Source: an uncultured Chloroflexia bacterium
GTDB lineage: Bacteria > Chloroflexota > Limnocylindria > Limnocylindrales > CSP1-4
Direction: 5' to 3'
NCBI GenBank assembly: GCA_963796715.1
Contig: CAWCMN010000007.1
Coordinates: forward strand, 388,586-452,585
DNA: 64,000 nt
A program made the position numbers and the translations under genes. Positions 57,932-64,000 of the stretch are shown here, piece after piece (the stretch's first letter is position 1; every line of letters starts with the position of its first letter). The notes below the pieces were generated by a model. The model saw only the letters and a list, made by a program, of their open reading frames with translations. It searched no databases and had not been told where the DNA came from.

Positions 57932-58107
57932 GCATCCCTCCAGGCACCAGCCTGGTTGGTGTTATGTGCGTCCAGATGGCTCCTGGACCGCTCGGTCGGC
58001 CTCAGGTGATCCGACCCTGAGCGTGGCGCACAGCTCGAGCCTGAGCCAGCCCGACCGAACACCCACTTAGCACCAGCGCGGCTGGTGAGGCGTGGAAACG
58101 GGTGCGG
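57932..58107. repeat. dispersed about 175 bp repeat element, copy C (direct orientation, 236 bp period with copy B)
   Basis: The 5' end CACCAGCCTGGTTGGTG is palindrome-like, and the 3' end CACCAGC-GCG-GCTGGTG is a perfect 7 bp hairpin. Confidence 0.6.
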
Positions 58108-58136
58108 CCACGGCTGCCCGAGGACGGGTGCGGCCG

Positions 58137-59117
58137 TCAGGCGGCGCCTGCGTCGGAGGTCGGCGTGAGCGGTCCGCTGCCGGGGCGACGGCCCAGGCGG
58201 CGCCGCAGCACCAGGAGCGGCAGCCCGACGAAGATCAGCAGCGCCAGCAGGAACGGCAGCCCGACGATGCCCAGCCAGACGAGGCCCGTGGCCACGCCCT
58301 GGCCGACCTGCAGGAGCTGAGCGACGGCCTGGTCGACCTGCGCGCCAAAGTTCCAGTCGTTGGTGGCGGTCGTGACGGCGACGACGGGGGCCTCGAAGCC
58401 CACCGTCAGCGTGCCGTCGGCGGCCTGCTGCTGGAGATGCGTCTGCTCGGTGGTGAGCTCCTCGATCTGACCCTGGACGTTGGTCAGCTGGCTCTGCACA
58501 TCCAGGATGTCGGAGATCTTGGTGGCCTTGGTCATGATGCCCTGGAGGGCGGTCTCGGTGACCCGCAGGTTCTGGATCCGCGCTCCCAGATCGATGACCT
58601 GGCCGGTGACCTCGGTCGCGTCGGTCTTCTCGCTGAGGACCTTGGTGCCAAGGCCGCGGAGGGCGTTGAGGGCGGCGTCCCACTGGTCGGCGGGGATGCG
58701 GTAGGTGATCGAGGCGACGGGCTGGTCGCCCTTGGTCGACTGCTCCGAGCCGCTGACGTACCCGCCGAAGCCGCTGATCAGCGTGCGGGCGCGAACGACG
58801 GCCGCGTCGACGTCGGTGACCTGGAGGTCGAGCGTGCCGGTCTTGACGACGAGCGCCTGCTCGGCCGCGGCCGCCTCGGTGCCGGTCGTGGTCGCGTCGG
58901 TGCCGCTGCCGCCGGACTGGACGTCGGCGGGGGCCGGCTGCGCGGCCGGTGCGGCCGCCGGCTCGCCCTGCGCGTCGACGGCGCTGCCCGCGTTATCGAC
59001 GGCGGCACGGTCGACGGGCGCGGCCGAACCCGAGCAGGCTGCCACGAGGAGGACGATGACCGCCACCGAGAACAGCACGGTGGCCGTGCGATGGAGGTGG
59101 CCGGATGGGCGGTTCAT
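58137..59117 (-). CDS. DUF4349-domain lipoprotein
   Basis: The lipobox VIVLLVAAC is followed by an Ala/Pro-rich linker, a DUF4349-like region and a C-terminal TM segment. Confidence 0.65.
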   Translation of the reverse strand: MNRPSGHLHRTATVLFSVAVIVLLVAACSGSAAPVDRAAVDNAGSAVDAQGEPAAAPAAQPAPADVQSGGSGTDATTTGTEAAAAEQALVVKTGTLDLQVTDVDAAVVRARTLISGFGGYVSGSEQSTKGDQPVASITYRIPADQWDAALNALRGLGTKVLSEKTDATEVTGQVIDLGARIQNLRVTETALQGIMTKATKISDILDVQSQLTNVQGQIEELTTEQTHLQQQAADGTLTVGFEAPVVAVTTATNDWNFGAQVDQAVAQLLQVGQGVATGLVWLGIVGLPFLLALLIFVGLPLLVLRRRLGRRPGSGPLTPTSDAGAA

Positions 59118-59227
59118 GCGAGGCCTCCGATGGTGCTGGCGCGAGCGAGCGGAGATGCTGCCGCGAGCGACGATGCTGCCCTGAGGACGCCGCGTGGCGG
59201 TCCATGGTTCCCGGCTACCATGCGGCC

Positions 59228-59743
59228 ATGCCGCGAGCGACCGAGCCAGCCGCCACGATGCCCGTCGCGGTCGTGGTGCTGCCCATCCCGCCCGGGCTGC
59301 AGGCGATCGGCACCCATCACCGGCCCTTCGAGCCGGTGCTCCCCCTGGAGGACCTGCCGCTCGGCGCGATGCGCCGCGTCACGCGCGGCGACCTTGACGT
59401 ACTCCTGGCCTACACCTCGGGCGGCCTCGTCGCCGTGGACGACCGCTGCCCGCACATGTCGGCGCCCCTGTCCCTCGGCGTGCTCGAGGACTGCGTCGTG
59501 GGCTGCCCGCTGCACAGCGGCCGGTTCGACCTGGCCAGCGGCGGCGTCGTGCAGTTCCCCACCACGGGCGGCCTCGATGCGGAGGGCGGCTACCACCCGA
59601 CCTGGAGCCCGCCCGACCGCGAGGCCCGGCCGGAGCCGACGGACCTCAAGGCCCGGGCCCGCGCCGCGACGCGCATCCGCCGGCTGCGCTACTACCCGCT
59701 GCGCGTGCGCGACGGCGTCATCGAGCTGGCGTGGCCGGCATGA
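59228..59743 (+). CDS. Rieske [2Fe-2S] ferredoxin component
   Basis: The Rieske ligands are CPHMSAPLSLG...CPLHSGRFDL. The start could be 59228 or 59258, and the stop overlaps the next start (ATGA). Confidence 0.7.
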   Translation: MPRATEPAATMPVAVVVLPIPPGLQAIGTHHRPFEPVLPLEDLPLGAMRRVTRGDLDVLLAYTSGGLVAVDDRCPHMSAPLSLGVLEDCVVGCPLHSGRFDLASGGVVQFPTTGGLDAEGGYHPTWSPPDREARPEPTDLKARARAATRIRRLRYYPLRVRDGVIELAWPA

Positions 59744-60969
59744 GCGGCTCGAACGGCAGCGGTCCTCTCTTCACGCCGCAGGAGATCGCCGCCGTGCGGC
59801 GGCCCTTCCGCGCCGCGTCGCTGCTCCCCGCCCGCGCCTACCACGAGCCGGCTGTCTGGGACTTCGAGCGCGAGGAGTGGTTCTTGACCGACTGGGTCTG
59901 CGTCGGACGCGAGGAGGACGTGGCCGCGCCGGGCACGTACCAGCGCCAGGACTTCCTGGGCGAGGACGTCCTCCTGGTGCGGGCGCGTGATGGCGTCCTG
60001 CGCGCCTTCTACAACGTGTGCCGCCATCGCGGGACGTGCGTCGTGGAACCCGACTCCGGGAGCGCGGTGCGCTTCCAGTGCCCGTACCACGCCTGGATCT
60101 ACGACCTTGACGGCACGTTGGTGCGAGCCAGGCACACCGACGACCTGGAGGACTTCGCCAAGGAGGACTTCGGGCTCACGCCGATCCGGCTGGCGACGTG
60201 GCAGGGCTTCGTCTTCCTCTGCTTCAGCGAGCAGACGCCGGCGCTCGAGGCGTACATGGGCGACTGGTTCGAGCACCATGCCGGCTTCGAGCGGGACTAC
60301 GCGAGCCTGCGCCGGGCGGCCCGCCTGGAGTACGACGTGGCGGCCAACTGGAAGATCGTGGCCGAGAACTACTCGGAGTGCTACCACTGCCCGGGCGTCC
60401 ATCCGCTGCTCAACCAGCTGACGCCGTACGACCAGGGCGAGGACTTCTTCCCCGGTGGTCCGTGGAAGGGCGGCTGGATGCTGTTCGCCGACGGCTTCCA
60501 GACGATGTCGATGGACGGCGACCGCCACGGCCGCCCGCTGCTGCCGCACACCACGGCGGTGGATGCCCGCCGCATCTACTACTACATCCTGTGGCCCAAC
60601 CTCATCGTCAGCGTCCATCCCGACTACGTGCTGACGCACCAGGCCTGCCCGGACGGGCCGGAGCGGACGCGAGTCGTGTGCGACCTGTACGTCCATGCCA
60701 ACGACGTGGGGGCGGTGTCGGTCAGCGACGCAGTCGAGTTCTGGGACCTGACCAACCGGCAGGACTACCACGTCGTCGAGCTCCAGCAGCGGGGCACCCG
60801 TTCGCGGAGCTGGGTCGCCGGACGGTTCTCCAACCAGGAAGCGGCCGTCCACGCCTTCGACCTGATGGTCATGGATCGCTACGCCCAGGACGGCCGGCGC
60901 ACCGAACGCGAGGCCAACACCAAGGTCGAGCGGCCGCCCCGAACCCGACGGGCCGGCGCCGGCGTATAG
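59740..60969 (+). CDS. Rieske non-heme iron ring-hydroxylating oxygenase, alpha subunit
   Basis: The Rieske site is CRHRGTCV...CPYHAW, with a mononuclear Fe site and the C-terminal SRPBCC-like catalytic domain (ENYSECYHCPGVHP). Confidence 0.8.
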   Translation: MSGSNGSGPLFTPQEIAAVRRPFRAASLLPARAYHEPAVWDFEREEWFLTDWVCVGREEDVAAPGTYQRQDFLGEDVLLVRARDGVLRAFYNVCRHRGTCVVEPDSGSAVRFQCPYHAWIYDLDGTLVRARHTDDLEDFAKEDFGLTPIRLATWQGFVFLCFSEQTPALEAYMGDWFEHHAGFERDYASLRRAARLEYDVAANWKIVAENYSECYHCPGVHPLLNQLTPYDQGEDFFPGGPWKGGWMLFADGFQTMSMDGDRHGRPLLPHTTAVDARRIYYYILWPNLIVSVHPDYVLTHQACPDGPERTRVVCDLYVHANDVGAVSVSDAVEFWDLTNRQDYHVVELQQRGTRSRSWVAGRFSNQEAAVHAFDLMVMDRYAQDGRRTEREANTKVERPPRTRRAGAGV

Positions 60970-60974
60970 CCACC

Positions 60975-61181
60975 ATGATGTCTCGCGGCCCCGCGTGGGT
61001 CTCCCTTGTGGTCGGTGCCCTGATCGCGTTGATCGGGCTGGTGTGGATCGGTCAGGGCGTCGGCCTGATCGGCGGCGGCTTCATGAGCGGCAACGGCATG
61101 TGGGCCGTGATCGGCCTGGTCCTGGTCGTCATCGGCGGCCTGCTCGTCTTCCGCGCCCTGCGCGTCAGGCAGGCACGCTGA
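60975..61181 (+). CDS. small membrane protein (68 aa, 2 TM)
   Basis: The protein MMSRGPAWVSLVVGALIALIGLVWIGQGVGLIGGGFMSGNGMWAVIGLVLVVIGGLLVF has no clear RBS. Confidence 0.35.
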   Translation: MMSRGPAWVSLVVGALIALIGLVWIGQGVGLIGGGFMSGNGMWAVIGLVLVVIGGLLVFRALRVRQAR

Positions 61182-61533
61182 GCATCGCCAGCCAGCGGGC
61201 TTCATCCGGCCCGACCGCGAAGAGGTCCCCCCGCCGGACCAGCGGCAGGGCCAGGAGGCCGGGGTCGCCGAGCAGGCGATCGAGCAGCTCCTCGTCGGTC
61301 ATGCGCAGGTAAGCGAGGCCGAGTTCGGCATACCGGCGTCCGCCGGCGTCGACCAGCGTAGCCGTGCCCAGGCGCGAGGCGAAGCGGCGCAGTTCGGTCG
61401 GGGCCGGCGGCTTGACGGCCAGGTCCACCAGGCTGATGGGGATCCGTCGTTCCTTGAAGAACCGCAGCGCCTGCTGGGTCGGGCGCGAGTCGCGGCGACC
61501 GAAGATCTGCACCGGGACGACGGGGGGCGCCAT
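61165..61533 (-). CDS. ArsC/Spx-family thioredoxin-fold protein (YffB-like)
   Basis: The core is VQIFGRRDSRPTQQALRFFKERRIP...LRMTDEELLDRL. The upstream 69 codons of the listed ORF are rejected. It starts 7 nt after the phosphotriesterase stop. Confidence 0.65.
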   Translation of the reverse strand: MAPPVVPVQIFGRRDSRPTQQALRFFKERRIPISLVDLAVKPPAPTELRRFASRLGTATLVDAGGRRYAELGLAYLRMTDEELLDRLLGDPGLLALPLVRRGDLFAVGPDEARWLAMLSVPA

Positions 61534-61540
61534 GGGCGGC

Positions 61541-62488
61541 TCAGGGCGTCCCGGGCAGGCTGAGTAGCCGCCGCGGGTTGGCCACCGTGATCGTCTCGAG
61601 GGTCGCGGCATCCACGCCGGCGGCCATGAGGCGGGGCAGGAACGTGGCCTGCAGGTAGGTGTAGCCGTGGCCGCCAAAGGCCATGAGCTGGGCGTCGTGG
61701 CAGACGTCCTGGCTGAAGAGCAGCTGACCGGCATGGCCACGCGAGAGCAGCTCCAGGACCAGGTCGATGATGCGCGGCTCCCCGGCGCGCTCCTGCGGCG
61801 TGAAGCTCATGCCAAGGAAGTCGAACTCCACGCTGGCGCCCCGGTCGATGAGCGCCAGGTAGTGGGCCAGGTCGGGATATGAGTCGGCGTGGCCGATGAC
61901 CACGCGGGTCGGATCGGCCCCTTCGTCCTCGAAGATGCGCAGCTGGGCCCGGCCGACGTCGGACATCACGGCGTGGGTCGTGATGGCCAGGCCGGTCCGG
62001 CGTGCCGCCCGGGCGACGGCGCGGTGCACCCGCTCCTCGCGGGCCGTGAGCCACGGCTTGTCGGTGCCGATCTCCCCGATGATGCCGGGGCGGATGCCGG
62101 TCCCGTCCACGCCCTCGGTCGCCTCGGCGACGAGCCGATCGGCCAGCTCATCGACCGTGCACCGGTCGATGTCGTCGGCCTGCGGGTAGTGCGAGTCGCG
62201 GTACCAGCCGCACCCCATCACGACATGCAGCCCGGTCGCCTCGCTGAGGCGCAGGAGGCGGCGCGGATCCCGCCCGATGGCCGGCAGAGTGACGTCCACG
62301 AGGCACGTTCCGCCGGCGTCGCGGAACCGGACCAGCTCGGGCACGATGACCTCGTCGTCGCCGGTCAGCTGCCAGTAATCCCACCGGGCGGGGATGTGCC
62401 ACAGCACGCATCGGGTGTGCTCGTGCGGCAGGGTGAACCCGACCTCGCCGGGCGCGACCGGCCCTCGCACCGTCTGGATGAACGCCAT
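61541..62488 (-). CDS. phosphotriesterase-family (PTE/PHP, amidohydrolase superfamily) protein
   Basis: The metal ligands are TLPHEH, GEIGT and HADS. The start is MAFIQTV; the Arg/Ser-rich listed N-terminus is rejected. Confidence 0.75.
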   Translation of the reverse strand: MAFIQTVRGPVAPGEVGFTLPHEHTRCVLWHIPARWDYWQLTGDDEVIVPELVRFRDAGGTCLVDVTLPAIGRDPRRLLRLSEATGLHVVMGCGWYRDSHYPQADDIDRCTVDELADRLVAEATEGVDGTGIRPGIIGEIGTDKPWLTAREERVHRAVARAARRTGLAITTHAVMSDVGRAQLRIFEDEGADPTRVVIGHADSYPDLAHYLALIDRGASVEFDFLGMSFTPQERAGEPRIIDLVLELLSRGHAGQLLFSQDVCHDAQLMAFGGHGYTYLQATFLPRLMAAGVDAATLETITVANPRRLLSLPGTP

Positions 62489-62507
62489 CGCGGCGAGGAT
62501 ACGTCGG

Positions 62508-63719
62508 TCAGGCAGCCCCGGCGACGAGGGCCCCTGCCTTGTAGACGGACCGGATGCGCTGCCGCAGGTCGGCGAAGGCGAACGGGTCGCCCTCCACCAC
62601 CACGATGTCGGCGCGCTTGCCCGCCTCGAGCGAGCCCGCCTCATCGGCCAGGCCCATCAACTCGGCGGCGGAGCGGGTCGTCGCCAGGAGCACATCGACC
62701 GGGGCCATCCCGCCCGCCTCCATCAGGACCAGCTCCTTGAGATTGGCGCCATGCGCGGTGACGCCCGAGTCGGTGCCCATAGCGATCTTGACGCCGGCCG
62801 CGACGGCACGGCGGAACGAGTCCTGGTGGACCTCCACGACGGAACGGGCCTTGCGGATCTGCGCCTCCAGGAGGTTCATCCCGGCATCGGCCGCCTCGAC
62901 CACGCCACGCGCGGCCACGAGCGTGGGCACCAACCACGTGCCGCTCTTCAGCATCAGGTCGATGGCCTCGTCGTCCAGGTAGATGCCGTGCTCGATGCTG
63001 CGGATCCCGGCCCGCACGGCGGCCTTGATGCCCGGTGCGCCCTGAGCGTGGGACATGACGAAGCGGCCAGCCCGGGTCGCCTCCTCCACCAGCACGGCCA
63101 GCTCCGCGTCGCTGAAGTGCGCGTGGCGCGGGTCGTCGTTCGGCGACAGGACGCCCCCCGTCGTGAAGACCTTGATGACGTCCGCCCCCGCCCGCACCAG
63201 CTCGCGGACGCGGAGCCGCATCGCGTCGGGGCTGTCGACCATGCCGGTCGGGAAGCCCGGGTAGGGCAGATCGCCCAGGTCGTAGCCGGAGATCATCCAG
63301 CCGTCGCCGTGGCCGCCGGTCTGGCTGATCTGGTTGACCGAGATCTGCGCGTGCGGCCCCGCGACCAGGCCGTCGTCGATGGCCTGCTTCATGCCCCGGT
63401 CCATGTAGCCCGCGTCACGGACGGTCGTGATGCCCGTGTCGAGCGTGGCCTGCATGTTCCCGATAGCGCTGTAGAAGTGGTACGAGAACGGGCGCTGGAG
63501 TGCCAGGAGGGTGTCCAGGTCCTCCGGCCCGAACGCCAGGTGCACGTGGCAGTCGAAGAGGCCCGGCAGCAGCGTCCGGCCGCCCACGTCGACCCGCGTG
63601 TCGCCGTCCAGGCCCGGGCCGACGTCGACGATGCGCCCATCCTCGACCGCCACATCGGCCGCCGGCAGCGCCGTCGTACCGTCGAACACCCGGCCCCCAG
63701 CAAGAACCACGCGCGTCAT
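62508..63719 (-). CDS. amidohydrolase-family metal-dependent hydrolase
   Basis: AGGAGG lies 5 nt before the ATG (MTRVVLAGGRVFDG). The metal-binding motifs are DCHVHL and HAQG. Confidence 0.8.
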   Translation of the reverse strand: MTRVVLAGGRVFDGTTALPAADVAVEDGRIVDVGPGLDGDTRVDVGGRTLLPGLFDCHVHLAFGPEDLDTLLALQRPFSYHFYSAIGNMQATLDTGITTVRDAGYMDRGMKQAIDDGLVAGPHAQISVNQISQTGGHGDGWMISGYDLGDLPYPGFPTGMVDSPDAMRLRVRELVRAGADVIKVFTTGGVLSPNDDPRHAHFSDAELAVLVEEATRAGRFVMSHAQGAPGIKAAVRAGIRSIEHGIYLDDEAIDLMLKSGTWLVPTLVAARGVVEAADAGMNLLEAQIRKARSVVEVHQDSFRRAVAAGVKIAMGTDSGVTAHGANLKELVLMEAGGMAPVDVLLATTRSAAELMGLADEAGSLEAGKRADIVVVEGDPFAFADLRQRIRSVYKAGALVAGAA

Positions 63720-64000
63720 GTCGCCTCCTGGTGTGCACGTGCCGCTGCCCGAGCCATATCGGCAGGCTCGTCGATGTCGTCTCGCCACGCACCATCCGCG
63801 TCCCATGCGCGCCAGACGGCCTCCGCCACGATAGACGGGCGAAGGGCCCGCAGCACGCCGCGCACGCTGTGGTCTGGACCGGCCAGTCGGACGCGGACGA
63901 GCGGGCCGGCCGCGCCGGTTCGGAGGGCGCACGGGAGGGGGCGCCAGTCATCGCCGTCGGCGAGGACGGCGGCATCGGCGTGGTCCAGCTCGCGTAGCAG
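63716..64000 (-). CDS. hypothetical protein, 3' end only (upstream gene of the amidohydrolase operon)
   Basis: A stop-free frame runs in from the window edge (…AEAVWRAWDADGAWRDDIDEPADMARAAARAHQEAT*). Its TGA overlaps the amidohydrolase ATG (ATGA), and its third codon positions are GC-rich. Confidence 0.35.
   Translation of the reverse strand: MLRELDHADAAVLADGDDWRPLPCALRTGAAGPLVRVRLAGPDHSVRGVLRALRPSIVAEAVWRAWDADGAWRDDIDEPADMARAAARAHQEAT

Overview
This 64 kb window is very GC-rich (about 70–72 %) and looks like a chromosomal segment from an Actinomycetota-type genome, though the phylum is only inferred from gene content. Coding density is high: about 60 supportable protein genes, one tRNA-Gly(UCC), and no rRNA, CRISPR array or transposase. 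Many of the long six-frame ORFs are antisense or out-of-frame artefacts of the GC bias and were discarded.

Recognisable modules, in order:
- DUF1003 and DUF421 membrane proteins, an MFS transporter and proC.
- A Zn-ribbon::SAM-methyltransferase gene divergent from a TrpB2-type tryptophan synthase beta gene, across a 680 bp repeat-rich spacer.
- A TroA-like binding protein and a 7Fe ferredoxin.
- A degraded spermidine/putrescine-type ABC transporter locus.
- An SRPBCC protein, a LOG-family protein, a 14-TMS MFS pump and an MMPL transporter.
- tRNA-Gly.
- A complete N-acetylglucosamine/chitobiose utilisation cluster: nagA, a ROK regulator, a ROK kinase, a sugar ABC importer, a GH3 NagZ-like hydrolase and a SIS-domain deaminase.
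- A CapA-like lipoprotein, a VOC protein and an ArsR/SRPBCC pair.
- An XRE-TPR regulator translationally coupled to a class-V PLP enzyme.
- A glycogen cluster: a GH13 enzyme, a MarR regulator, glgA and glgP.
- fabI and a beta-CASP metallo-beta-lactamase-fold nuclease.
- A DUF885 protein divergent from a TPM/DUF2207 protein, and a LysM protein.
- Ni-superoxide dismutase sodN with its maturation peptidase sodX.
- An F420-type luciferase-like oxidoreductase, a MarR regulator and a DHA2 efflux pump.
- A DUF4349 lipoprotein, a two-component Rieske oxygenase, an ArsC-like protein, a phosphotriesterase-family protein and an amidohydrolase.

The most unusual items are:
- A roughly 1.6 kb low-GC islet between the nuclease gene and glgA, carrying a RelE/BrnT-like toxin, a ribbon-helix-helix (RHH) antitoxin, an orphan protein and a zinc-ribbon mini-protein.
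- A dispersed 170–180 bp repeat family with palindromic CACCAGC/GCTGGTG termini, present in three copies.
- Four operator-like palindromes phased exactly 73 bp apart upstream of trpB2.
- A repeat-dense 490 bp non-coding block downstream of sodX.
- An in-frame fusion of a binding-protein C-terminal fragment to a truncated permease, which looks like a transporter deletion remnant.

I found no clearly novel multi-gene system. Everything here comes from reading the sequence; no searches were run.
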